A DNA stretch of 63,651 bases, filler included, from Globobulimina sp. (lineage: Eukaryota): the NCBI GenBank assembly GCA_003354225.1. It is 25 parts of 25 records of this genome, joined end to end, with 100 filler letters (N's around TTAATTAATTAA, not from the genome) between each part and the next. Parts side by side here need not be neighbours in the genome. Positions count along the whole stretch, not along the records: positions 33,164 to 35,613 come from PIVH01006634.1; positions 35,714 to 38,163 come from PIVH01006635.1; positions 38,264 to 40,713 come from PIVH01006636.1; positions 40,814 to 43,263 come from PIVH01006637.1; positions 43,364 to 45,812 come from PIVH01006638.1; 20 more parts are not named here. One strand, 5' to 3'. Position numbers and translations under genes: made by a program. The notes beneath the pieces are model-generated. The model did no database searches and was not told where the DNA came from. It saw only the letters and a list, made by a program, of their open reading frames with translations. The stretch's first letter is position 1. Each line of letters opens with the position of its first letter. Positions 33,616-45,912 of the stretch are shown in pieces.

Positions 33616-35598
33616 ATGAGAAAAACACCAACATCATCACCAACAACCGCAAGACGTCCAACTAAACCTCCAATATCATATGGTCGCAAAAGAACAGAAT
33701 CAAAAACAAGTACAAAAAGGGATTTTTTGTCATCTACAGACAAAATTGCACCTACACATCCAACAAAACCTCCAATATCACAAAGCGCATACAGTTATAA
33801 ACCAACTACAATTACCCACAAAAAAAACCCACAAATTTCAAAGAAAACAATTTCACCTTCCAAAAAAAGACGCTTACGTAGGCAGCAAAATGTAGCAACA
33901 CAATTTGATTTTGATAAAAAATATCATCTAAATATTCCTACTGGTGTTAGGCGGTTAGGTAATGAGTGTTGGTTTATTTCCGTATTACAGGCGTTCGCAA
34001 ATATTTCTTGGAAGCCTGTATTTTTTGACTATTGTAAAAAAAATAATGATGTATTTTCACATATATATCAATTTATGCATCAATTATCTTATGTTTCATC
34101 CCAATCATACAACACCAATAACATCCCTATCACTAAACCAACAAAGATTGTACAAAAAATAATTAAATATGTTAATAAAATTAAAGAGAAAACAGGTGAT
34201 GAAAAAACATATTTTTGGGATATAAATCGACAACAAAATGTAGTTGAATTTATCGAGTATATTTTAAATATGCCTGGAGCTTACTGTATTGATGCAATGA
34301 CTATAAATCAGCGAAATGCAGGAAAGATAAATCAAATCCGAAATTTCATGACGAACAAATTTACATTTCAAACAGCATCGCGAATTTTTTGTGAAAATGA
34401 AAACGATTCGTATGATTTATCTACACATTCACATATGGTACTAACCTTGTCTTTACCAGACGATAATCTCCAAACAAACGTTCAACAACTACTTTACAAA
34501 TATTGTAAAAAAAATGATGTATTAGATCACGAATGTGGTAAATGTAGAAAACGACATACAACAACAAAAACGACGCAGTTTACTAATTTGTCAAATGAAT
34601 ATTTAATTATTGAATTAAAACGGTTTTACCGTAACCATGCATTTGGAAGATCAAAAAAAAAACATAACAGTGTAAAAATAGATAAATCAATTATTATTTC
34701 AACAGATAAAGGCAACGTCGCATATGTTCCATTGAGTGTAATTAAACACACAGGTGGAGAAACAATTGAAAGTGGACATTTCATCACCGAAAAATATTGT
34801 AAAAAAATATTATATAAATGCGATGATAACCATATTGAAAAAATACGTAATTTTGATTCGAAAAACTGTTATGTTATTATTTATAAAAAAGCTCATTCTT
34901 CAGAGCAACAACCCATTATTTCAAAATATTTACAACGAAAAAAAACGAAAAAATGTAAGCAAAAATCATTTGAAAATATAAATAAAAATATTTCTGTTGC
35001 AAAAATTCCATCTACTGACAAATCACATGTAACAGAAATAAAAAATATGTTAACCAAATTCAATTATCTTATTTTTAAAAGATTGGTATCTGACTCAACA
35101 ACAAAGAATATAATTATAAAATATATATGTGAAAATGTGTGGAATAACAATAAAATAATCTCTATGAGTGCCGATCAGTTTGCAGAAAAGATTGCAACAC
35201 ATTTAAAAAATTCAAATATAAAAAGTAAATTAAAAGTATTATATGAACGTTTATGTGATAGAATTAAACGTCAACATCCAAATTTAGACATTTTGATGGA
35301 TATTGATGAAAAAAATAATAAAAAAAGAACATATTTTGAAATGAATGAAGACAAAAAAAAGCGTGAAATTGCAATTGAAGTGAACAAAAAAAAAGTGAAG
35401 ATAAATAATAAAAATAATACCACCAAAAAACTTACTAAAAACCCAAAAGAAATCAGTAAATTAACTAGGCAGCAGAGATATAACCGTTCACCTAGAGGTA
35501 AAGCAAGGGAAAAAAAATATGCTGCCTCCAAAAAAGGTAAAGAAAGCAACACTAAATATAACGTATCAAAAAAAGGTAAAAAAACAAGTAAAAAATAA
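33616..35598 (+). CDS. Divergent ubiquitin-specific protease (peptidase C19) with basic C-terminal repeats
   Basis: Cys box GVRRLGNECWFISVLQ, QQNVVEF, CGKC, ELKRF, His box HTGG...SGHFI, CDD, CYVIIY; intronless; Y..S.(K/R)GK repeats. Confidence 0.85.
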   Translation: MRKTPTSSPTTARRPTKPPISYGRKRTESKTSTKRDFLSSTDKIAPTHPTKPPISQSAYSYKPTTITHKKNPQISKKTISPSKKRRLRRQQNVATQFDFDKKYHLNIPTGVRRLGNECWFISVLQAFANISWKPVFFDYCKKNNDVFSHIYQFMHQLSYVSSQSYNTNNIPITKPTKIVQKIIKYVNKIKEKTGDEKTYFWDINRQQNVVEFIEYILNMPGAYCIDAMTINQRNAGKINQIRNFMTNKFTFQTASRIFCENENDSYDLSTHSHMVLTLSLPDDNLQTNVQQLLYKYCKKNDVLDHECGKCRKRHTTTKTTQFTNLSNEYLIIELKRFYRNHAFGRSKKKHNSVKIDKSIIISTDKGNVAYVPLSVIKHTGGETIESGHFITEKYCKKILYKCDDNHIEKIRNFDSKNCYVIIYKKAHSSEQQPIISKYLQRKKTKKCKQKSFENINKNISVAKIPSTDKSHVTEIKNMLTKFNYLIFKRLVSDSTTKNIIIKYICENVWNNNKIISMSADQFAEKIATHLKNSNIKSKLKVLYERLCDRIKRQHPNLDILMDIDEKNNKKRTYFEMNEDKKKREIAIEVNKKKVKINNKNNTTKKLTKNPKEISKLTRQQRYNRSPRGKAREKKYAASKKGKESNTKYNVSKKGKKTSKK

Positions 35599-35713
35599 AA
35601 TAAAAAATATGCTNNNNNNNNNNNNNNNNNNNNNNNNNNNNNNNNNNNNNNNNNNNNTTAATTAATTAANNNNNNNNNNNNNNNNNNNNNNNNNNNNNNN
35701 NNNNNNNNNNNNN

Positions 35714-38163
35714 AAATATAAATCCCAGAATCACAAACTAAGCAATATCCAAAATCGGTGATGGATATAAAATGCGGAAATGCGATGTTTGAAATGTTGA
35801 CAGTTAGAGTTAATTTTATTGCTTGCGTATAATTAATGATGTTGTGGCCAAATTTATCAACGATATTAAAAGTAAATGCCATTGATTGACCCGGGAAATA
35901 CGATCCATTCTTTGATGGATTTAATAATAAACTGTGCGGAGTCGCATGCGAAATCATTTGAGTTCCATAAATTCCATTCCATTCTAATGAGCTCAGCTTT
36001 TCCTCTCCCAAATAATCGCCACCACATTCCATGTTTATTTGTGTTCTGAATACGCTGTTACTGTTGCTACTGTTCATCAGCTGATTACATAACAAGTTGC
36101 AATATGTTTCTATGTATGCAAAGTCCACCGGCCCCGTGTTGGCATTTACACTCTCTATAACCACATCGGTGAACAGTAAATGCCGCGCAAACGGCAATAA
36201 TAACTGTGTCCGGTTATCAATTACTTGAAATACGATATTCTCCAAAGCAATACCGTTATAAATTTTATACCCAGTAATCCTATTACTTGTTATTGGCTCA
36301 CTGTTAGAATCATTTAAAATAAAATAACCTGCAGTTATATCCATCAAATCTTGGTTGATGGCACCATAATGATCACAGCAATACGGAGTGGTAATGTTAT
36401 CATTATTATTATTTGGACACTGTAGCAACATCTGTTCTTTGTAGCAACTGGTCACGTTGCTATAATCTGTGTGCATACCATAATTATGGAAAATATTGCC
36501 GGATAAACAGGCATTGCTCTTCCACATCACCACTGCTGCAGTGTCCTCATAATATGCAAATCCAAAATTATTTGATATCAGACGAATACTGTTTGCGTGT
36601 TGTAGGTAAACCGCAAATGTCAGTGTCCCACCGTTCAACGAAGCGGTATCTCTCGAACTGAATAAAAGGTCAATATTATATTCTGTTTCAATCACTGATA
36701 AAAGCTGTAAACTTAAATCATCGGTAAGTTTGAATGTATTATTCTCCATTTCAACCATTTTACTGCTATCTATGTAAACCATGCTGGACTCACCATAGCT
36801 ATAGAAATATGAGGATTTAATGGTTACATAATCAATGTTCTCGAATTCCAACATTAAACCATATGCATTGACAAAATAAGAGTTTTCAATGTGTATTTGC
36901 TGCACATTAACCACAGCAAAAAAAGTTGGTGCATTGTAAAAAGATGAATCTATGATATTAAATGTTTCAAAAATGGCATCATTTGAATTTTGAAGCTGGA
37001 CTAAAACCTGTCGAACCCCGTCTAAATGACAATTGATGATTGATATTTGTTTAGGTATCCCAGATACGGCGGCATTAATAAATCGTAAAAAAGTATCGGA
37101 TTCCAAGTGGCTGTAATTATATGCTGTATACGTGTCGTCGTCATGGATTACATTGACATTATTCAATATTATCGATTTTGTGCTCACTATCACATCTCTG
37201 TGGAATGTGAATGGAGAGATTGTCATATCTGAAATCACCATTTCGTTATAACTGTCGCCGAAATTAGTGATTAAGCCGTAATCATCGGTGCGAGACGCAA
37301 ACGAATAACTGATACTATCGAATTCAAATAAAGATATACCAGCTACAAATTGGTGAAAACTATTGAGATTATCCACTTGATTCATATCAGAATTGAGGGA
37401 TACATTTAGTAATTGGCTCACACCATACGTCATAACCAGTGATTGGGGATTCTTACATAGAACATTGTGATAGCCATGAAACGGCAAAAATGATGGTGGT
37501 TGACAATGCTGTGACAGATTGTACTGATAAAATACATTGACATTGTTAAATATGATATTTGTGGATAAATCCAATTCAAATAAACCTGTCTCGGTGCCTG
37601 CATTTTCAATGATAAAATTGACATTTTCTATATGCACATACAATTGGGATAATTTATCGGCGGCAGTTCTGCTAAAATTTGATCTGTAAATCGCAGTATC
37701 AATGTAAGAAAAATTGCTATTAGTTATAGTGAGATTAGAATTGGCAAAAATATGTTCTCCAAATATATCGTATCCAGTATGAATGTTAGAAAATAAACAG
37801 TTGTTTATCAAAATGTTTTCGTTTTGCGTTTTAAATAATGAATGTTGCGTCCATACATTAGATATCTGCACATTTTCAAAGGTTATACCAGCATCAACGT
37901 CTAATTAAAGTGGTTTTTATTATTAGAATTAAAAGCAAAGTCACTAATTCAGTGCAATCGTATTCGTCACAGCAACGATATCAACGTTGCTAACATTTTC
38001 AACATAAATACGATTGATGTAATTAAACATAATAAATATAGATTGTAGACTGATAAAATCAACGGAATTATCGACTTTGCTTTCATTTGTTCATTTTGTT
38101 GCATATATAATATATATACGTACCTAAAGTAATGGTTGTGTCAAACATAGAAGATGATGATGA
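35714..38163 (-). CDS. Large extracellular beta-helix-repeat-like protein, internal fragment
   Basis: Recurrent I.N..F.N pattern (INNCLFSN, ITNSNFS, IENSYFVN, MENNTF); two short upstream exons separated by probable introns; truncated at both ends. Confidence 0.65.
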
Positions 38164-38458
38164 NNNNNNNNNNNNNNNNNNNNNNNNNNNNNNNNNNNNN
38201 NNNNNNNTTAATTAATTAANNNNNNNNNNNNNNNNNNNNNNNNNNNNNNNNNNNNNNNNNNNNGCATCTTTTTTTCACGAGATGCAAATATTTGTTTTGA
38301 TATTAATTAATATACAAAAGTTAATTAAATGTTTACGTATTTAGGATTTACATTATGGTTCATTTTGAGTAAACATCTTGAGTGCGTTGCTAAATTTTAT
38401 TAACATTCTTAGCATGAATCTACTTACAAACTACAAGTACAGTGTAAATAAGTATAAT

Positions 38459-39871
38459 TTATATATATGGCGTAACAGCATAATATGCACCGTTATGTGG
38501 TGCATATGTATGACGTATTAATGGTTTCCATGTAATTAAACATAAGCTTTCTTGGCCAACACCAAGTGTTTTGTCCATCCAATCTAAATGCATTCGGATT
38601 GAATGTTGCATGAAATCATTTGTCTCCTTTAATAAAATTGATTTAATTTGTTGCAAGCATTTATAATAAGTCTCAGCAAGAATTTGCGATCGCATTGCAT
38701 TTTTAACATATTTAGTTACTGTTATACCTTTCGTGTTTTTTACTGATTTTGTTGTCCGTATATTCGTCCATTTAATATTGCCTCTGCCAAATACTTGTAA
38801 TATATTTTCACATAATCGTTTAAATAGCGATGATTTATCAAAACATGCGTTTGGAACCAATGGGCGAGCCATACTTTGATTGAATTGAATCTTTTCTTTT
38901 AACATATTTTGAAATAAATTAATATAAAATATTACTTGTTCCTGTTGTGATAATCCCTGAATTTCCAATGAAACTCGAAATAAATTATCTAAAATTACAC
39001 AAAATAATTCATCACCGAGTAGCTGCGATTTTTGTCGGTTCCAATGTGCTCGAATTTTTTTATAACATTCATATTGGTCTTTTAATTTTTCTTTATAATT
39101 TCCTCCCGGCCATTCTTTTAATTTTGAGGAAAGATTTTGCAAAATTTTCCTTTCTGCAATTTCATTCAATTCAAAATGTTTCAAAAATAAAACCATTTTT
39201 GGATCATTCTTTGTGGTTTTATTCAATGATTCAATTATTTTCTTGCATCGATAGTCAATATTCTTCTTCAGCAAATTCTGAATTAAGTACCGTAAATAAA
39301 CACAAATCATAGAAATCAAAGAATAAAAAGAGATTATATTACAAACAATCATTTGTATTTTAGCTTTTCTGAACATTGACAAATCTAAATCTTGATCAGC
39401 TGCATGCGTAGAATGACAAGAATCAGTTGGTATTGGTGGTATTATTTGTGGTGTTATGGGTGGTGGCAGTGATGGTGATGGAGTATTATTATTATTATGA
39501 TTATAATTATTGTTATTTGTAATTGCTTGACTGGACGAATGTAATTGATTGATTTGAGATAATGAGGGGACAACAACAGGTTTGTCGGACGAAAACACTT
39601 GAAATAATTGAGCCAATTGAATTTGTGGATTATTTTCTATTGTTATCACATCAATGAATGGAGGAAAAACCTCCAAGACCTGGCTTAATTGCGATTTAAA
39701 TTCTTCAATTTGCTGAAAGTGATGATTATCATTATTAGTATAAACTGGTTCAAATGGTATTGGTACATTCAATTGATTCAAACCATACATTGGTTGAGAT
39801 GAATTCATAGATAGTCTTCTTCGTTTTGGTGGGTTCATTCCTGTAAAGCTGGGATTGTTAATATTTAACAT
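38459..39871 (-). CDS. Hypothetical protein, probably nuclear
   Basis: 470-codon ORF; PPKRRR NLS-like motif, Asn/Pro-rich N-terminus, helical C-terminal half. Confidence 0.6.
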   Translation of the reverse strand: MLNINNPSFTGMNPPKRRRLSMNSSQPMYGLNQLNVPIPFEPVYTNNDNHHFQQIEEFKSQLSQVLEVFPPFIDVITIENNPQIQLAQLFQVFSSDKPVVVPSLSQINQLHSSSQAITNNNNYNHNNNNTPSPSLPPPITPQIIPPIPTDSCHSTHAADQDLDLSMFRKAKIQMIVCNIISFYSLISMICVYLRYLIQNLLKKNIDYRCKKIIESLNKTTKNDPKMVLFLKHFELNEIAERKILQNLSSKLKEWPGGNYKEKLKDQYECYKKIRAHWNRQKSQLLGDELFCVILDNLFRVSLEIQGLSQQEQVIFYINLFQNMLKEKIQFNQSMARPLVPNACFDKSSLFKRLCENILQVFGRGNIKWTNIRTTKSVKNTKGITVTKYVKNAMRSQILAETYYKCLQQIKSILLKETNDFMQHSIRMHLDWMDKTLGVGQESLCLITWKPLIRHTYAPHNGAYYAVTPYI

Positions 39872-39999
39872 TTCATTTTACATTTTCACAGTTTTCGAGT
39901 CGGACTTACAGTTGAATGGCAGTGCTAAATCATGTGTACAAAAAAGGTTACGTACCAACCACATACAAAATTAATGATTTAATGTACAAATGAAGTTAA

Positions 40000-40713
40000 T
40001 CAACAATCAACATCCATGCCCGTATGCATATCATTTTTGTTCTTCTGTTTGATAATAAATTGTTCAACTTTGTTCCATACCAACTGTTGATATTGTTGAT
40101 GATTCAAATTTTGTCTCTGTTTAATGAATTCTCTCCATTTTTCCTCTTGGTTGATTTTTTTTGTTTTTTTTATTTTAGTTTTTTTATTTTTATCATAAAC
40201 AATCAATGTTAAATAAAATGTATTCTTTAATGTTTCTCCATCATTTAACGCCTTTAGAACATATTTACTTTTTGCAAATACAATTTCTGCTCCGTTAGTA
40301 ATCATATTTATTTCTATTATTTTTCCATAAATTTTAAAAATTGTTTCCAATTCAATTTTTGTGTATGGCTTATTACACATTTTTTTGCCCAATTTTACAA
40401 TTAATGATTTTTTTTTTAATTTCTCCTCTTTTAATTTATTTATTTTTTCACTTAATTCTGTTTCTTGTTGTTCTTGTATTAATTTTCTAAATTTATCCAG
40501 TTCCTGTTTCACTGAATTTTTCTTTGTTTTATGAATATAATTCGCATAGAAATCGTGTCTATTTTTCTCTTTTGCTCTTTGCTCAGCATTTTCTAATCTG
40601 ATGATGTCCTCTTTTCTTTGATGACTTCTTTTATCATTCTCAATTTTTTCTTGTTGTCTGCGTTGTAGTCGTCTTTCATATATTTTGTATTTATCATTGT
40701 ATTTCTTTCTGGA
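40000..40713 (-). CDS. DNAJC17/Cwc23-like protein (coiled coil + RRM), 5'-truncated
   Basis: Frame open to the contig edge (RKKYNDKY...); IVK...YTKIELETIFKIYGKI...AEIVF RRM-like; YQQLV tail. J-domain not visible. Confidence 0.55.
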   Translation of the reverse strand, partial: SRKKYNDKYKIYERRLQRRQQEKIENDKRSHQRKEDIIRLENAEQRAKEKNRHDFYANYIHKTKKNSVKQELDKFRKLIQEQQETELSEKINKLKEEKLKKKSLIVKLGKKMCNKPYTKIELETIFKIYGKIIEINMITNGAEIVFAKSKYVLKALNDGETLKNTFYLTLIVYDKNKKTKIKKTKKINQEEKWREFIKQRQNLNHQQYQQLVWNKVEQFIIKQKNKNDMHTGMDVDC

Positions 40714-40813
40714 NNNNNNNNNNNNNNNNNNNNNNNNNNNNNNNNNNNNNNNNNNNNTTAATTAATTAANNNNNNNNNNNNNNNNNNNNNNNNNNNNNNN
40801 NNNNNNNNNNNNN

Positions 40814-42267
40814 AGGCACAAAACAATTAGCCGGAGCAGCACTGGCCGACGTTTGTATGGAAATATTGACTCTCTTTGTTTATTCTCCAGGATGCTCATT
40901 AAACTCACTTTGCAGTCAAGCACTGGGCTCAGGCAACACAATAATGGCTGGCTACTGGCTGCAACTAGGTATTATAATATGTACTATCATAACATTGCCA
41001 GTGTATGTCGGCTATTTTTTTGTTGGCGATCTGATCTCTTTGGTGAGCACTGATGGCGCAGTTATTAATTTTTCCAAACTATTTGCTCATTATTCCGCAT
41101 TATTTCTATGGTCGAGTGCCATGATGACTTGCATTCAATTATTCCACCAATCATTAGAAATCGTATATCCTTTCTTATTTATTTCCGCATTCGCCATCAT
41201 TATGAATATAATTGGCAACCAACTATGGATTTATGGTTTAAATGTAAACCTATTTAATGGTGCTATAAAAATAGAATTCGATGGTTTAGGTTTTATTGGC
41301 TCGCCGTTAGCTACCTCCACATCGATGTTATTGCAATTATTTTTATACTATATCTGGTGTTTTGTTATCAAGAAATACCACATTAAACATAAGACGTGGA
41401 ATGGTTGGTCGTTGAAACAAACCATATGCCATTTGAAGCGATGTAAGGCATTTTTGAAAGTTGTAGTGCCAAATGCAATTGGCGATGCCTCTGAAAATTG
41501 GGCTTATCAAGTTATTCAAATATATATTTATTCTAGTTTTGTGCAGACATTTTGGTATAAATTGCATATACGAACCATAGGTACTCAATTTATATGCTGC
41601 TACATTGGAAGCGGCAGAAATTGCTGCTCTGTCGTGCACTTTTGCGGTATGGGGTATATTGTGGTCATTTTACAGTGGTATTGGCATGTCAATCATTACC
41701 AGAGTCGGTAAGGCGATCGCTTCGGATAATGTGAGTGATGCCAAACTAGTGACGAAAGTCGGATTGTTGTTAAGTTTAATGGTATCATCGAGCATTGCAA
41801 TGACAGTGTATTTGTGTACAGATTATCTTTGTATGATATATTCATCGGATAGGAATGTTCAAAATATTATGAAACAATGCATACCGTACCTTTGCGCGAT
41901 GTATGTCATTGGGAGTTGTGGATGGTGCGCACAAAATGTGTTAGAAGCCATGAGCGAAAATAGGAAAAAAGCATTTATTTGTGTAGGTACTGCATGGTTT
42001 GGTTATGTGCCATTGTCAATTTATTTTATGGACAATAATGAATTGTTAAATAAAGCACCGGTTGCTTGCATATTTGTGGTTGGTTTGCTTGTCGAAACAA
42101 TTCGGACTTTGGCACTGTGGATAACTTTAATGAATGTTGATTGGAAAAAATGTTGTATTGAAGCACAACAAAGAAATGAACGACACCAACATGATTTGAA
42201 ACAAAATAATACTAAATTAAAACCTGCGTTGCTCAATTCACAAAATGAAGCAGCAACTGCTGTATAG
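40814..42267 (+). CDS. MATE family transporter, 5'-truncated, 2 exons
   Basis: LNSLCSQALGSG, GLGFIGSPLA, ENWAYQ|VL across intron 41511-41580, TRVGKAIA; multiple TMs. Confidence 0.9.
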
Positions 42268-42598
42268 TGAATTAATAGTTATTTTTTATTGCCATTAAAT
42301 ATCGCATTTTATGAGTTGGGACAGTTATATTTTTTCAAGAGCATATCCCATACAAGTGGTTGGCGAAGAAAACCAGAAAACTGTACCTCTCGATCTTAGG
42401 CCGCCCTAAATTCACACTTTGTAGTTGCCGAAAATGTGAACAACAGACTTGTGTTTGGCACAAACTACTACCCTTTTGTTTTGACACGATTGAGAAGCCG
42501 AGATGCTTTTCAGTTAACGACAATTTTTCAAAGAGAATTTGTTTATGAAATATTGGGAATATATAAGCAATAAATAAGATGGACACAACATTATCATT

Positions 42599-43230
42599 TT
42601 ATGTATTGTTATTATCATTATTTTTCGACATTAGGTTTTGAATCATTGACACTAATTTTTGTGTTTCTGATAATTTTTGATTTAATTGAACAATTTCTTT
42701 ATTGCTTTGATTGTATTTGTAATTCAAATCACTGTTTCTTTTAATCATACAATCCAAATTTTTCTTCAATTCAACGTTTTTTTCCCCTTTTTCTGTCAAT
42801 TCATTTTCTAATTTAAACACATTATTCCGCTCATCTTTCAATTCATTCCCAATCTTATCACATTTTTCTTGCAAACCGGTTACAATGTCTTTATTTTCAT
42901 TCTCCAACGCATTGATTTGATTTATTGAGTCTTGTTTCATTTTATTATATCCTTCGCAAACACACTTTAATTTATTCATTATTTCGTCCATTTGTTGTGC
43001 CAATTGATTCGATTTATTTTCTTCAATCGCACATTTTTGCTTTAATTTATTATATTTCTTTTTCGTTACATCCAATTTTTCTATTTTATCGCGGATAATA
43101 TGTTTCTTGGTTTGATTGTCATCCTGAATCTGCAGAAAATGTGAATTGAGATCGTCAAATTTTTGTCGCAAATTTAGAAAATCATTATTTTTCCCGCATA
43201 ATCTTGTTTTTATTGCATCCAATCTATAAA
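42599..43230 (-). CDS. Coiled-coil protein, last exon
   Basis: Continuous K/E/N/Q-rich heptads; likely TAG acceptor just upstream of 43222. Confidence 0.6.
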
Positions 43231-43363
43231 AAATAAATATATTATTATAATTTCGGATTTTAANNNNNNNNNNNNNNNNNNNNNNNNNNNNNNNNNNNNN
43301 NNNNNNNTTAATTAATTAANNNNNNNNNNNNNNNNNNNNNNNNNNNNNNNNNNNNNNNNNNNN

Positions 43364-44191
43364 ATTCTCTGTCAAAATTAGTCCATTCTCGCTCTTAAAA
43401 TTTGAATTAAAACAAACGTTTTCAACTTGTGTGAGTGTGAACTTTTCGTCTGTTTCAAATGTGACAGTAATATTTCTTTGTAGATTGTCACTAAATCCCT
43501 TCTTATCAAATGTCAATGTCAATCGTTTATTTATTACATTGGAATCAATGTCTTTATACAATGCCTTTATATTATATTTTGTGGCAATTTCGTTCATATC
43601 ATTCAACTTCGTGGACATATTAATTTGGTCATCTTTCGCAATACATTGACATTCATTATGTGCCATATGAATAGTTTGAAATGCTTCATTCAATTTTTTT
43701 AATCCCACATTGACTTCAAGCATTTTTTCTTGTTCTTTATGATGTATCTCATTCAATAATTCGTTTCTGTATTTTTTAATCGTTTCTATTGCCGAATTAC
43801 ATGATGAATGCATCTGTTTTGTCAAAAACACCATATCGTTTTTTAAATTATTCTGTGCATTTTGATATTGTGTAATATCATGTTTTATTTTTGCCTTTTT
43901 ATTGAATAAATTATCTAAGATTTGGTTTTCTTTTGCACCTAAAATAACAATGTTATCCTTGACTAAATTGGATTGTTTAAGCTTCCTCATAGCACTTAAA
44001 AATTTGATAGTTGTGCTTGTGTTTATGCTCCATTCTTTACACAAAGCCTTTAATTCAAGCTCTTCAGCGAACATTAATACTTCGAGCATGAATCCATTTT
44101 TGTGAACTAATTCAAGCATATCCTGCAATCCGTTGTTTCTAAACCATGTGGTGGTGTCCAGTCCTTCTGGTTCAGTCTGTTGAAAGGCCAT
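43364..44191 (-). CDS. SAM-like domain plus coiled-coil protein, 3'-truncated
   Basis: ATG 44191; WFRNNGLQ...NGF.LEVL...ELKALC..W.I.....IKFLSAMRKL is SAM-like. Confidence 0.65.
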
Positions 44192-44262
44192 TTTCTCGGT
44201 GGTCGATGCACGAGAATACAAGCTTGAGGTTTAGATAAAGTTTTTTGATAAAACTAGTCAGT

Positions 44263-45027
44263 ATGTCTCAATTAAAATGGCAGCAACATTGGAGAGCCAA
44301 TCCCGGAACTGGTTCTATGTTTTATTTGAAGCGTATTTGGTATCTTGGCAATCTTAACCTTGGTTTAGCTGCGTATATTTATTATTTGAAAAAGTACAAA
44401 ACCAATTTACCGTCATTTCAAACGCAATCCTTAATTGTCGCAGCCAGTGGTTATGTCATCAGGGAGTTTGTATCATTTTTATATACATCGCCATCAAAAT
44501 GTCTTCAAGATAAGGATTTATTTTTGGTGGTTGTCGGTCATATTATCTATTTATTGCCTGCCTATTTTGCGAAAAGTAGCAAATTATTTACATCAAAAAC
44601 AAATAAAATTATTAACTACACCAGCTTGGCATTGTCGATTGCTGGACATTTATTTAATAGCTATGCTGAGATGCAACGGAAATGGTGGTGTGACAAAAAA
44701 GAAAACAAAGGGAAAGTATACACTGAGGGACTTTTCAGCATTACCAGACATCCAAACTATTTGGGGGACATTTTGTTTATCACAGGATGGCATATCTTAA
44801 GCAGACATTGGGTCCCTTTGATATTGGCTCCAATACAAATTTATTCTTTCTATAATGAGTATATACCGGAAATTGAAGGTATACAAAATATCTTTACTTG
44901 CACGTAATATGTAATAACAAAACAATAATGAAATATATAAGGTTTTATGGAAAAGAAACACGGCACGGAATGGACTGATTATGTTAATAAAGTGAAAAGT
45001 AGCTTGATTCCATTTTTACCATTTTAA
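44263..45027 (+). CDS. Steroid 5-alpha-reductase/DUF1295-like membrane protein, 2 exons
   Basis: AEMQR, YTEGLFSITRHPNYLGD; intron 44879-44941 adds ...WTDY...LIPFLPF. Confidence 0.85.
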
Positions 45028-45105
45028 AATTTTGTAAATGCGGTGAAAAACGCTACAAATCCGATCCTTGCACAGTAGTAAAAAAAAACATTGCAAAGAA
45101 ATCAA

Positions 45106-45812
45106 ATGTCAAGTCATGACGTGGTTGTGTCTGGATATATGCATGAATTGCAAGATAAGTTTAACATATATGTACCACATCATCTATTATTTATAATTGG
45201 AATGTTTTATCCGTATTATATGGAATTTAAAGGAAATTGTGTTCATTTAACGAATACTGAAAAACAGTTAATAACATCATGGTTTATTGAAATATTTGAG
45301 ATAAACAATGAAAATCTAAAAATCTTAAAATCAACATTGCTGTATGATTATAATAAGCATGGTAAAACTGGTAAAGAATGGCATAAAAAATGTAATTTTC
45401 ATAAGAATACATTTAGTATTATCGAGACAGAATATAATAAGCATATATTTGGATGTTTTACCTCAATTACATTCAATGGATACGAAGAACTTTACGACAA
45501 CGATTATAAAGACGATAAAGCATTTTTATGTGTTATTAGATGTTCAAATAAAAACAAACAGCCCAAATTATTAAAAATTAAACCGGAATACATTGAAGAG
45601 GCATATACAAGTGATTTTCGTTGCGGTCCACTATTCGGAGGTGAATATTTCTGTGATTTGGCCATAATGCATGGTTTTGGTAACTATTGTAAGGATACCA
45701 CTGCCTTTGAATATATATCAAGTCAAGAACTTTGTGGTGGCGATGGTGTTTTTGAAATGCAAAATATGACAACTTTCACAATAAATGTGTACAACACTGA
45801 AATACATAATGT
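45106..45812 (+). CDS. TLDc-domain protein
   Basis: LLY....HG.....WH.KC, IETEY..HIFGCFT, DDKAFL, GPLFGG..DL; stop not reached before the linker. Confidence 0.85.
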
Positions 45813-45912
45813 NNNNNNNNNNNNNNNNNNNNNNNNNNNNNNNNNNNNNNNNNNNNTTAATTAATTAANNNNNNNNNNNNNNNNNNNNNNNNNNNNNNNN
45901 NNNNNNNNNNNN

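Noticed and set aside
22962-35613. Apparent cluster of ART, HSPA12, USP and foldbacks as one defence island
   Set aside because: They are on different contigs; adjacency carries no biological information.
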